64,000 bases of DNA from an uncultured Alphaproteobacteria bacterium. Its GTDB lineage: Bacteria > Pseudomonadota > Alphaproteobacteria > Rhizobiales > Xanthobacteraceae. The notes below the pieces were generated by a model. It worked only from the letters and a program-made list of their open reading frames with translations. It had not been told where the DNA came from and did no database searches. Where the stretch lies: contig CAWFMV010000006.1 in NCBI GenBank assembly GCA_963817015.1, positions 10,509-74,508 of the forward strand, in the 5' to 3' direction. Shown piece by piece: positions 1 to 10,078 of this stretch (position 1 is the stretch's first letter; every line of letters starts with the position of its first letter). The translations under genes were made by a program, and so were the position numbers.

Positions 1-117
1 GTGACGCACTTTGCCAAGGGTGTGCACTGGGACGGCGCCAAGGCCGACGAGGATGCGACCATCATTCTCATCGGCATGGGGCCGGCGACCAATACCCGGG
101 TCGAGGAAGCGAAGTAG
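1..117 (+). CDS. 3' end of an unidentified protein-coding gene (partial, runs off window start)
   Basis: Frame 1 is open from base 1 to TAG at 115-117 (...THFAKGVHWDGAKADEDATIILIGMGPATNTRVEEAK*). No family is recognisable from 38 aa. Confidence 0.3.
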   Translation: MTHFAKGVHWDGAKADEDATIILIGMGPATNTRVEEAK

Positions 118-172
118 CGCGCGAACTCCTATCGCGATCCGTGGTCGATCTGAGAACTTAAAGGAGGCTGCC

Positions 173-1554
173 GTGCAGCAGGCCAAGCGCTTGTCGACTC
201 TTCTCATCGCGGCTGTGCTGGCGCTTGCCGCCGGCGCCTTCGAGAGCAAGGCTCAGACCGCCACCGTGTTCGAAGGCGCCCGGCTGATCACCGGCGACGG
301 CAGCACGCCGATCGAGGACTCCGCCTTCGTGATCGAGGCCGGCCGCATCACTGCGGTCGGCCGCCGCGGCGAGGTGCGCGCGCCCGCGGGCGCGCGCGCG
401 CGTCGACCTCGCCGGCAAGACTGTCATTCCGGCGCTGGTCGATGCGCACTCGCATATCGGCTACATGCGCAACCTGACCAGCGGGCCGCAGAACTACACG
501 CGCGAGAACATTCTCGATCACATGCAGAAGTTCGCCTATTTCGGCGTCGCCGCCAGCATGGCGCTCGGCTCCGACTTCGGCGACATGCCCTTCGAGCTGC
601 GCGACGAGATCAATGCCGGCAAGCACCCGACCGCCGCCCGCTTCGTGACCGCCGGCCGCGGCATTGCTCCGCTCGCAGGAAATCCGCCGACAACATGCGG
701 CATTCCGCCCATCGGATCACGACCGAGGAGGAAGCGCGCGCGGCAGTGCGCGAGCTTGCATCCCGCAAGGCTACGATCGTGAAGACCTGGGTGGACAGCC
801 GCGGCGGCACCATCCCGAAGCTTGAGCCCGCGCTCTATGCGGCGATCATCGACGAGGCGCACAAGAACAATCTGCGCGTCACCGTGCACGCCACCGGCCT
901 TGTCCGACGTCAAGGCGCTGGTGCGCGCCAACGTCGACGGGCTCGCCCACATGGTCGGCAATGTCGATGACGAGCTCGTCGACCTGCTCAAGTCGCATCC
1001 GAATGTCTATTTCACGCTGGCGCTCGGCGGCTTGCGCCGCCAGCTCTATGCGCCGTGGCTCAATCCGCCGCATCCGCTGATCAGCGAGACGGTGTCGCCC
1101 GAGCAGATCAAGCGGCTGCAGGATCGGCTGGCCAAAGGCCCACCGGCGAACGCGCAGCAGAGCTGGGAGCGGCTCTCGCGCCGGCGTCAAGCGGCTCGCG
1201 GCGGCCGGCGTGCAAATCGGCGTCGGCACTGATGGCGGCGGTCAGCAGGGCGACCAGTTCATCGGCTGGACCATGCATGCGGAGCTCGAGAACATGGTCG
1301 CCGCCGGCATGACGCCGGCGCAGGTGCTGGTGGCAGCGACGAAAACGTCGGCCGGCATCGTCAAGCTCGACGAGCTCGGCACGGTGGCGCCCGGCAAGAG
1401 CGCCGACTTCGTGGTGCTCGACGCCAATCCGCTCGACGACATCACCAACACGCGGCGGATCGCCAAGGTCTATCTGCGCGGACAGGAGCTGCCGCGCGCC
1501 GCCATGGCCGCCAAGTGGCAGGCCGAGTTCGGCCAGACCGCGTCGGCGCGATAG
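173..1554 (+). pseudogene. amidohydrolase-family metallo-hydrolase with signal peptide; frame broken about 4 times as assembled
   Basis: AGGAGG SD then GTG at 173, with a signal-like N-terminus (QQAKRLSTLLIAAVLALAAGAFESKAQ). HxH metal motif (VIPALVDAHSHIGY) and C-terminal GTDGGG...DFVVLDANPLDDI signature. The protein must be pieced from ORFs 11..970, 465..782, 822..1232 and 1210..1554, with frame changes near 395 (in a GC-dinucleotide run), 680, 905 and 1175. Confidence 0.75.
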
Positions 1555-1652
1555 CGCGATGCTCGGGCCGGCCTCTGGGCCGCTGAGTGGTCGCGCTTCG
1601 CACACACTACTTTTACAGAGACCTTCAAGTTACGACTTGTGCACCGAGCCAG

Positions 1653-1823
1653 CTAGTGGAGCGGGTTCGACGTTCGCTAGCCACCCGGCTGCGGGCTCAC
1701 GAAGCGAATGTCAAATCCAAAGCTCCACTAGAATCCTATATTTGCTAGTGGTCCTTTGATTCTAACATTCGCAAGAAAGACCACCGAGAAGGGATGCGAA
1801 TGTTAGAATCGGACCACTAGCAA
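1653..1823. repeat. two tandem, mutually homologous long hairpins (1653-1731 imperfect; 1742-1823 near-perfect ~29-bp stem)
   Basis: Hairpin 2: ttgctagtggtcc(ttt)gattctaacattcgca ... tgcgaatgttagaatcggaccactagcaa. Hairpin 1 arms: ctagtggagcgggttcgacgttcgc / gcgaatgtcaaatccaaagctccactag. They share the gcgaatgt...ccactag motif. The region is ~50% GC and lies between convergent genes, so it may act as a bidirectional terminator. Confidence 0.6.
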
Positions 1824-2374
1824 GCGATTACACTGGTGATTGAGCCATCTGATCCGGATTGCACGATAGGGCACGGATTGGCCGCAGAACCAATTCGAGA
1901 ACCACGACTATTGGCGCGCGTACCAGGGCGCGCGACGGCGCGAGCACCTCGACCTTCAGTGGTTGCAGGATGGGCCGCTGCACTTTTGCGCACCTCATTG
2001 ACCTGCTTTTCCATCTCAAGGCACGTGAGCCACTCGACGTAGCTCGGCATGTATCCCGTCGTATTCACGCAGCGTTGTCGGGCCCCGGCCGCAAAACTTG
2101 ACCAGTTCTTGACGATCTGCGCACGGGCATCGTTTTCCGACGTCATACAGCTTTCAAATGTCTGCTGAGTCTCGCCGCCAAATATGGCAATGAGGGCTTT
2201 TTCCGACGTCCGGCAAGTTATCGCGATATCGACGGTTGGCACCCCACTTGACGCAGCACTCGCAACGCCCGGCGTTGCCAGGCTCAAACAGAACAGACCT
2301 GTCGCGAGAAGCTTTCGCTTGGTTGTCCATGACAGCGTTGGGCCTCCCAGCGTTACGCCTGGCTTTGGCTTCAT
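1817..2374 (-). CDS. hypothetical exported Cys-containing protein
   Basis: ORF 1817..2410. GGAGA SD lies 6 nt upstream of the ATG at 2374 (MKPKPGV...). Hydrophobic signal segment (LLATGLFCLSLATPGVASA). No recognisable domain. Confidence 0.55.
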   Translation of the reverse strand: MKPKPGVTLGGPTLSWTTKRKLLATGLFCLSLATPGVASAASSGVPTVDIAITCRTSEKALIAIFGGETQQTFESCMTSENDARAQIVKNWSSFAAGARQRCVNTTGYMPSYVEWLTCLEMEKQVNEVRKSAAAHPATTEGRGARAVARPGTRANSRGSRIGSAANPCPIVQSGSDGSITSVIAC

Positions 2375-2616
2375 CGTCCGTCTCCTCGGATATGGTGACC
2401 TCCTCGCCAAGTGCGTGAACCCTGAGATGGAGGCATCGCGTACGACCGAACGCCGAACGCCGATATAATGGTTCGCCTGGAAGCCGCTTTAATCAATGGT
2501 GCGAAGGCTATCGCCCCTAAACCTAGGGATAATATCACTGACCCAAAGGACAATGCTCAAAGCCGCTCCGCCACCACGTTCCTTGGCGCAGTCCCAATGC
2601 AGGCTGTACTCCTCGG

Positions 2617-3883
2617 TCACGACGACATCCAGACAAGCGACGCCAGCGCCAAGATGAGAGCGGGTGGCATGACGATCACGCCAAGCTTGAGGAAGCGCCA
2701 TGTACTGACTTCCACACTTTCCCGGCGCAGCGCGACCAGCCACAGGATCGTTGCGAGCGAACCCGTGACTGAGAGGTTGGGACCGAGGTCGACGCCAATC
2801 AGGATGGCGCTCGATACGGCCTGGGGAACGTGCACGGCGTTCACGGCAGAGCCCGCGAGCAGACCAACGGGCAGGTTGTTCATCAGGTTCGACGCGAAAG
2901 CGACGATCAGGCCGGTTCCCCAGGCTGTTTGCGTTACAGAATGGTTTGCGGCTTGCTGCAGGCTTTCCGTCAACATCCGCAGCAGTCCGGTCGTTTCGAC
3001 CGCTTCGACCAGCACAAACAGCCCTGCCACCAGCGGCAGCACGCCCCAGGAAATATCCTTGAGCGTCGCCCACGGCGGCTCACGCTTGCGCAGGAGCACA
3101 ACGATCGCGGTCGCTGCGCCCGCAAGGAAGGTCGGCAATCCCAGTTTCAGGCCAAAGGCCGAGGCTGCGATAAGGGCGACAGTCATTGCCGCGATACCCC
3201 AGGCGACGATGCAGCCGCCGGTGGCGAGCGCCGGCACCTCCACATCCCGAGCGATGCCCTGACGCAGCGCGTGGCGCTGGGTGAGCAGAAGCGCAACGTA
3301 GGTCGCAGCGATCGCAAGGATCGAGGGCACCGTGAAGCGTCCGAGCCAATCGAGAAGCGGCGGCATCTGATCGCGGAAGATCACAAGATTGGCCGGATTC
3401 GAGATCGGCAGGACGAAGCTCGCCGCATTGGCGATGAACGCGCAAATGAAGAGATAAGGCAGCGGCTCCGCCCGCGCCGCCTTGCGCTGCCGCATAGACG
3501 GCCGGCGTCAGCACGACGGCAGTTGCGTCATTGGAGAGCAGCACGGTGACAATGATGCCGACGCCGTAAATGAGGGCGAACAACCGCTTTGCCGACCCCC
3601 GCGCCGCGCGGGCGGCATGTGCGGCCATCCAGTCGAACAGGCCTTCTCGCCGGGCCAGTTCCGCGACGAGCATCATGCCGATCAGGAACAGGTAGACATC
3701 CGTGCCCTTGGCTGCGGCCTGTAGCGCGTCCCGGTAGGGAAACAGCCCGAGCCCCACAAGCGCGGCTGCTCCCAGGATGGCCCAGACGGCTTCCGGCAGG
3801 CGCCAGGGGCGAAAGATGACCCCGCTCGTGGCGACCAGCGCAATGCCCCAGATGGAGAGGGTTCCGTCGCGCAGCAACTCCAT
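2617..3883 (-). pseudogene. ArsB/NhaD-superfamily anion permease (arsenical-pump-membrane-protein-like), one frameshift near 3483
   Basis: N-terminal part in ORF 3080..3883 (MELLRDGTLSIWGIALV...LLSNDATAVVLTPAVYAA). The rest is in ORF 2617..3495 (PLPYLFICAFIANAASFVLPISNPANLV...NNLPVGLL). Polytopic throughout. Confidence 0.8.
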
Positions 3884-3890
3884 ACATGCC

Positions 3891-5258
3891 TCAAGTCGGG
3901 GCGGTCGCTGGAATCGCTGCTGGGTGTGCTTTTCGACGACTGTCGCGCTCGAGCGTTTCAGGCATCGCGAACCAGAACACCGCGAGTCCGACGCCTGCCA
4001 CGGCGGCCAGGAACAGGAAGGCTGCGCTGTATCCCGCCTTCACGACAATGACGCCGGCGAAGGTCGTGCTCAGGGCTGCGCCGATGCTGAGGGCGGTTGT
4101 GATTGCCCCCTGGCTGACGTTGAACCTTCCGGTGCCGCGCGTGAGATCGGCGACCACCAGCGGAAACAGTGCGCCAAAGATTCCTGCGCCGATGCCATCA
4201 AGCATCTGCACGCCGACCAACCAGAAAGGATTGTCCGAGAGCACGTAGAGGATACCACGGATGGGAAGGATCAGAAATCCCGCAAGGAAAATCGGCTTGC
4301 GGCCCCAGACATCGGCCTTCGCTCCCACCAGCATCGCGACCGGGACCATGACAAGCTGGGCGGCGACAATGCAGGCCGACATGAGGGAGGTGCCAAGCTC
4401 CTTGTTCACCAGCGACAGCTTCTGTCCGACGAGGGGCAGCATCGCCGCATTGGCGAAGTGGAACAGCGTGACGCAGGCAGCGAAGATCAACAGCGGCTTG
4501 CAGGCGAGCAACACTGCGAGGCCCGACGGCTGGTGCTTGGTGTGATCGTGGTCATCGGCTAAGCCGCGCGCGACGTCATGATCAATTGCGCCAGCAGGAA
4601 TGGCCAACGTTGCAACGATACTGGCGGCGGCGGTTGCCGCCATCAGGTAGAAGACAACGATCGGCCCGAAGAAGTAAGCCGAGACACCGGCAATCACGGC
4701 GGCCGTCGCGTTGCCGGCATGATTGAAGGCTTCGTTGCGTCCGGTTCTCTTCGCGAATGCCTTGGGGCCAACCATGCCAAGCGTGATCGCGGCAATCGCC
4801 GGCTGAAATAGCGAGCCGGCAGCACCCGTCAGAACCTGCAGAGCAGCTACGGGGGAAAAATCAGGGAACAGGGGGAGCAAGAGCGAAGCGCCGGTAACGA
4901 TGACAGCAGCGACGATGACGAGGAGGCGTTTGGCGTAGGTCCTGTCGATCCAGGCGCCGGCCGGTGTCTGTGCCACGATCGCCGCAATGCCGCCGATCGT
5001 CATGACGACGCCGATGCTCGCCTCATCCCACTTCTGCACCGTCAGCAGGTAGATCGCGAGGTAGGGCCCCAAACCGTCGCGAACATCGGCCAGGAAGAAA
5101 TTAAGCCAGTCCAGCGTGCGTACGGGCTGTTTATGGTCGACGGCCGTGCCACTGGTTCGCATCAACATCTCACGGGCAAGAAAGAGCGCGCTGCATCCGG
5201 GCACAGCGCCCCCGTGGTCCCATTCAGAGAGGGTCGACTGCAAGACAGTGTCGGACAA
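3891..5258 (-). CDS. MFS transporter
   Basis: 455-aa intact ORF with about 12 hydrophobic segments and an MFS-like loop (AGAWIDRTYAKRLL). Start uncertain (TTG at 5258 or an internal M). Confidence 0.85.
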   Translation of the reverse strand: MSDTVLQSTLSEWDHGGAVPGCSALFLAREMLMRTSGTAVDHKQPVRTLDWLNFFLADVRDGLGPYLAIYLLTVQKWDEASIGVVMTIGGIAAIVAQTPAGAWIDRTYAKRLLVIVAAVIVTGASLLLPLFPDFSPVAALQVLTGAAGSLFQPAIAAITLGMVGPKAFAKRTGRNEAFNHAGNATAAVIAGVSAYFFGPIVVFYLMAATAAASIVATLAIPAGAIDHDVARGLADDHDHTKHQPSGLAVLLACKPLLIFAACVTLFHFANAAMLPLVGQKLSLVNKELGTSLMSACIVAAQLVMVPVAMLVGAKADVWGRKPIFLAGFLILPIRGILYVLSDNPFWLVGVQMLDGIGAGIFGALFPLVVADLTRGTGRFNVSQGAITTALSIGAALSTTFAGVIVVKAGYSAAFLFLAAVAGVGLAVFWFAMPETLERDSRRKAHPAAIPATAPT

Positions 5259-5278
5259 GACAGTGTCGGAAGTGTCGG
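5241..5278. repeat. 15-bp tandem repeat (caagacagtgtcgga x2 plus partial third copy)
   Basis: Direct reading: caagacagtgtcgga caagacagtgtcgga agtgtcgg. It overlaps the annotated 5' end of the MFS ORF. Confidence 0.8.
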
Positions 5279-5344
5279 CGCAGTAACGGAGTTGACCGGC
5301 TAACTCGGGTTGGCCGGGAAGGTTCCAAAAGGGCTGGACGTCCG

Positions 5345-6565
5345 TCAGGCTGGCGCCATCCTCAAGGGCGACGCAGCGTCGCGTCGCTGGCGTGTGCCGT
5401 CATATGCCGCGACCTCGACGCGGTTACGCCCGTGTTCCTTGGCGCAGTAGAGCTCGTGATCGGCCTGCACCAGGAGATCGAGCACATCGACTGGCGCGCC
5501 CTGGTGCAGCACGACGCCGATCGAGAGCGTTGCACCAACTTCGCAGCCCTCGACATCGCGCGTTGCTTCCGCAAATGCCCGCCGAATGTGCTCAGCCACT
5601 GCCGTCACCTTCTCTGGAACAAGATTGCAGAGCACGGCGGCAAACTCCTCGCCCCCGAGCCTGCCCAGGAGATCGGTCTGCAGATCGGCCTGCCCCATTA
5701 CTCCCTTCGTGGTGGTGGCAAAGATCTGCAGCACACGATCGCCGACGGCGTGGCCGAAGCGGTCGTTGATCGACTTGAAATGATCAAGGTCAATCACAAG
5801 CACGGCGACCGGACGCGCCCCCGCCGCCACTTTGCGCACCAGCTCGCCGGCGTCGATGAGAAAGGCGCGCCGGTTGGCGATGCCGGTGAGCGGATCGACC
5901 ATCGCGGCGGTGCGGTGACGATACTCGGTCCGCTCCTTCGCCATTGCGAGCAGAATGAAGGCGACCGCGATCGTGAACAGCAGCGCCTCGAAGCTCAGCA
6001 CCGTGAGCCAGATATTGTCGACTACCTCGCTCACCGGCGACCACGGCAGCAGTGCCGCCAGCGGCGTGCGCAGCATGAACAGCGTGCCGTGCGCGACCAG
6101 CATGAAGATTGCGGGCCAGCGCGACACCAACGGCTCGCCGCGCCCGCGCCAGAACTCGAAGGCGGTGAGCCAGGTGTACGCCGCGATGATGCCGGACGAG
6201 AGTACGATGCGCTGATCCGGAGATCCGATCACCGCCGGGATGTGGCTCAACACAAGCCACAGTGCCGGACCAGCCGCTATCCACAGCGGCAGGGGCTTGC
6301 GCCCATCGAACACGCGCGCCCCGGTCCAGGTGATGGCATAGGCCAGGAACAGGAGGCTCGCCGCAAGGTCGGCCGACATGTTGCCGACCGCGAAGCCGGA
6401 TACGCCGAACAGCACGACCGAGGTCGCGCGCACCAGATGCGCGCAGCCCCACCAGGCCACAGCCCGGATGCCGGCATTCTGGATCCACGCAAACAACAGA
6501 AGTATTCCGAGAATTGCCTCGACATAGATCGTGATGAAAAAAAGCGTGTTGATGTCAAGATTCAT
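5345..6565 (-). CDS. membrane-anchored diguanylate cyclase (GGDEF domain)
   Basis: Polytopic N-terminal half, then DPLTGIANRRAF...RLGGEEFAAVL...HGRNRV GGDEF signature. Likely start MNLDINTLFF at 6565; the ORF is open to 6634. Confidence 0.9.
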   Translation of the reverse strand: MNLDINTLFFITIYVEAILGILLLFAWIQNAGIRAVAWWGCAHLVRATSVVLFGVSGFAVGNMSADLAASLLFLAYAITWTGARVFDGRKPLPLWIAAGPALWLVLSHIPAVIGSPDQRIVLSSGIIAAYTWLTAFEFWRGRGEPLVSRWPAIFMLVAHGTLFMLRTPLAALLPWSPVSEVVDNIWLTVLSFEALLFTIAVAFILLAMAKERTEYRHRTAAMVDPLTGIANRRAFLIDAGELVRKVAAGARPVAVLVIDLDHFKSINDRFGHAVGDRVLQIFATTTKGVMGQADLQTDLLGRLGGEEFAAVLCNLVPEKVTAVAEHIRRAFAEATRDVEGCEVGATLSIGVVLHQGAPVDVLDLLVQADHELYCAKEHGRNRVEVAAYDGTRQRRDAASPLRMAPA

Positions 6566-6872
6566 CGCACAACCATCATTCAATGAAACAAGAAACGCGC
6601 TACGGCTTTGATTTATCTGTGCCCCGGCAAACAATGCCTGAATGCACGTGCGCTCCGAAGCGCATTAGCGGGCAATGGTTTCGGCACTCTTGCGCGCTTG
6701 CCTCGCATTCGAATGAGATGGCGGCCCACTTGGCGCCCACTTGGCGACAGAACGCTAGGTGGCGGCACCATTGGCGCGTACCCTGGCGCGTCGCGCAAAT
6801 GAGTGGTTCTATTTTACCGATAGGCTCCGCTGATTATGCCCGTCAGCGCGGCACACAACTAAGGAGGCTCAC

Positions 6873-7244
6873 ATGCGACCCAGAATTTTCGCGCTAGGGA
6901 TGTTTGTGCTCAGTCTTGCAGCTTGTGACGTGACCAGCACGGTGACAGAGGGCTTCAAGCAGGCGCGAGCGGTCGAGAGCGCGCTCGAGACCTCGACCGG
7001 CGTCAAGCCGAATGTCAGCTTCAACTGGCAGAATGGACAGCTGACCTCGGTCACCATCATCTTTCCCGCTATCCCCGAAACGAAACCATTGCGCGAGTTG
7101 GCCGATGAGGTGCGCGCCACAGTGGGCAAGGAATTCAAGGAAGGGGCAAACAACGTCGTTTTGGCTTTCTCGCTCGGCAAAGCCGTGCCAAGCACGAAGG
7201 CGGACACACCCGCGACGTCACGCCTGGCAGGCTTGACGCGTTGA
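6873..7244 (+). CDS. small lipoprotein, unknown function
   Basis: AAGGAGG SD; lipobox MRPRIFALGMFVLSLAAC; 123 aa. Confidence 0.7.
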   Translation: MRPRIFALGMFVLSLAACDVTSTVTEGFKQARAVESALETSTGVKPNVSFNWQNGQLTSVTIIFPAIPETKPLRELADEVRATVGKEFKEGANNVVLAFSLGKAVPSTKADTPATSRLAGLTR

Positions 7245-7298
7245 GCGCAGGCTTGGCGCGCTGAGCGGCGGGCCGAACGCAGGGAGGATGAAATACAA

Positions 7299-7668
7299 AT
7301 GCCGGAAGTGTTCGTCGAAAAAATAACGGACTTCGCCGAAGGCGACCGCCGCATCGTGTTTCACGACGGCAGCGAGATCGGGGTGTTCCACTGGCAGGGC
7401 GAGTTCTACGCCTATGAGAATCTCTGCCTGCACCAGGGCGGCCCCTGCTGCGAGGGCGTGATCATGCACAAGGTCGAGGACGTGCTCGGCCCCGACAAGA
7501 CCTGGCTCGGCCAGACGTTCTCCGCCGACGAGGCGCATTTCGTCTGCCCGTGGCACGGCTACGAATACGACATCAAGACCGGCGAATGCGCCGGCAATCG
7601 CAGCTTGCGCCTGAAATCCTATCAGGTCGTGCGCCGCGGCGCCGATCTCTACGTCGTCACTGGCTTGA
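7299..7668 (+). CDS. Rieske [2Fe-2S] domain protein (stop codon not in frame as assembled)
   Basis: CLHQGGP...CPWHGYEYD Rieske ligand motifs. The frame stays open to 8186, but a TGA at 7666-7668 in the +1 frame sits directly before the SD/ATG of the next gene, consistent with a single inserted base near 7660. Confidence 0.7.
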
Positions 7669-7681
7669 GGGAGACCGCGCC

Positions 7682-8904
7682 ATGGAGCTGCAGCCCAACG
7701 ACTTCCGCCGCATGTCGGTCGAGGAGTTCGACACCACCAAGCTGCTCGCGCACGCCGCCAGGCAGGCGAAGCGAGCGCGGCTACGACAAATTTCCGATCG
7801 TCGACGTCGACTCGCATCACTACGAGAACGAGTCGATGCCGGAAATCCTCGACTATCTCGACGATCCCGTGCTCAAGCAGCTCGCGCTCGCCGGCTCGAG
7901 GCCCAACGCCAAGAACGCGCGCATCATGAACACCATGGTGGGCTACCAGGACATGGGCGGGCGCATCCCGCGCTACGGGCTGCGCAATCTCGAGAAGACG
8001 CCGCCCGGCCAAGGACCAGCGCGACACCGCGCTCACCAAGCGCTGGATGGACGCGGTCGGCGTCGACGTCGCGGTGCTGTTCCCGACCCCGATGCTGGCG
8101 CTCGGCGTGCATCCGCAGGTCGAGGTCGAGATCGCGCTGTCGCGCGCCTACAATCGCTGGCTCTGCGAGCGCGTGCTGGCGCATGAGCCGCGGCTGGTCT
8201 CGATGCTCTATCTGCCGTTCAACGATCCCGACGCGACCTATGCGTTCGTGAAGGAGTTCGGCGAGAAGAAGGGCGTGGTCGGGTTTCTCATCACCTCGAC
8301 GCGCTACCGGCCGGTGCACGCCAACCAATACATGAAGACCTATGCGCTGCTCGAGGAGATGGGGCTGCCGATCGCCTTCCACGGCTCCTACCACTGGCAC
8401 GATCAGGCGCAGGGCATGCTCAACCGCTTCATCTCGGTGCATGCGCTCGGCTTCGTCTGGTACAACATGATCCATCTCGCCAACTGGATCATCAACGGCA
8501 TGCCCGGAGCGCTTTCCCAAGCTCAAGGTGATGTGGCTCGAAAGCGGGCTCGCCTGGATTCCCTTCATGATGCAGCGCTTCGACAACGAATACATGATGC
8601 GCACCTCGGAGGCCCCTGCCCTCAAGAAGCTGCCGTCCGACTACATGCGCGACATGTATTTCGCCTCGCAGCCGATGGAGATCACCGACATGGGGCTGCT
8701 GCAAGGAGACCATGCGGGTGATCAACGCGGAGACGCAGCTCGTCTATTCCTCCGACTATCCGCACTGGGACTTCGACCTGCCGTCGACGATCTACGACCT
8801 GCCGTTCCTGAGCGAGACCGCCAAGCGCAACATCCTCGGCGGCAACGCCAATCCGGCTGTTCAATCTCAAGCTCGGCGCCGAGAAGCTGGCGCAGGTCGC
8901 GTAG
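7682..8904 (+). pseudogene. amidohydrolase_2 (ACMSD-type) family hydrolase/decarboxylase, about 5 frame breaks
   Basis: Pieced from the MELQPNDFRRMSVEEFD start (GGGAGA SD), FPIVDVDSHHYE metal motif, VDVAVLFPT, LPIAFHGSYHW, FPKLKVMWLESGLAWIPF and VYSSDYPHWDFD, spread over ORFs 7550.., 7299.., 8047.., 8528.. and 8712... Ends at TAG 8902-8904. Confidence 0.8.
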
Positions 8905-8944
8905 CCGCGCCCGGCCGACCTGACGCCAGCCACCGGAGGAGCCA

Positions 8945-9982
8945 TTGCGCCATTCGGCCTCATCCGCTGGCCGGCGGCGTCGCTGCTTGCGCTCTGCTGT
9001 CGAGCGACGCTTTGCCACGCCCAATCGCCGGCCGACTTCTACCGGGCAAGACCATCGAGCTCTACATCGGCACCAGCGTCGGCGGCGGCTACGACGCCTA
9101 TGCGCGCATGCTGGCGCGCCACATGGGCAAATACATTCCCGGCAATCCGACCATCGTGCCGAAGAACATGGAGGGCGGCGGCGGCATGCGGCTCGCCAAC
9201 TTCCTCTACAACGCCGCGCCCAAGGACGGCACTCGTCTTCGGCACCTTCAACCGCGGCACCGGCTTCGATCCGCTGCTCGGCAACAAGGCGCGCAGTTCG
9301 AGGCCACCAAGTTCAACTGGATCGGCATCGACCAACAACGAGGTCAGCGTCTGCGTCGCCTGGCACACGCACCGGCATCACGTCGCTACGCAGGACGTGC
9401 TCGACGCGCGAGCTGGTCGTCGGCGCCACCGGCCCGCGCGCGGACACCTACCAGTTCCCCAAGATCGCCAACGCGGTGCTCGGCACCAAGTTCAAGATCG
9501 TCACCGGCTATCCGGGCGGCAACGACATCGACCTCGCGATGGAGCGCGGCGAGGTGCAGGGCCGCTGCGGCTGGTCGTGGACCAGCGTGAAGGCGACCGC
9601 ATCAGCCCTGGCTCGACCGCAGAAGCAGATCAACATCCTGTTCCAGATGGGCCTCGACAAGCACCCCGACCTGCCGGACACGCCGCTGATCATGGATCTC
9701 GCCCGGACCGACGAGGAGCGCGCGATCTTCAAGCTGATCTTCGCGACGGCAGGTGATGGCGTGGCCGTTCGCCGCGCCGCCCGGCGTGCCGGCGGAGCGC
9801 GTCGCGCTGCTGCGCAAGGCCTTCATGGACACCATGCAGGACAAGGATTTCCTCGCCGACGCCGCCAAGGGCAATTTCGAGATCAGGCCGGTCGCCGGCG
9901 AGGACATCCAGCAGCTCGTGCAGGAGATCTACGCGACGCCCGCCGGCGATCGTGCGGAAGACCACGCGAGCTGCTGCAGTAG
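8945..9982 (+). pseudogene. Bug/TctC-family periplasmic tricarboxylate-type solute-binding protein, at least 6 frame breaks
   Basis: Fragments AQSPADFY/GKTIELYIGTSVGGGYDAYARMLARHMGKYIPGNPTIVPKNMEGGGG, LVVGATGPRADTYQFPKIANAVLGTKFKIVTGYPGGNDIDLAMERGEVQG and WPFAAPPGVPAERVALLRKAF are distributed over three frames. The start codon is uncertain. Confidence 0.7.
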
Positions 9983-10078
9983 GGCCGATGCGCCGCGCGT
10001 TGCGCCCGACCTTGTCGCGGCCGCGTGAGTCGGTCATCTAGGGTCGGCCCGTCCCCCGCGCAGCCGGACCGACCGCTC

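Noticed and set aside
1651-1735. tRNA-like fragments (gggttcgac, gtcaaatcc) within the hairpin region
   Set aside because: No acceptor, D or anticodon arms can be folded. The similarity is limited to T-loop-like heptamers.
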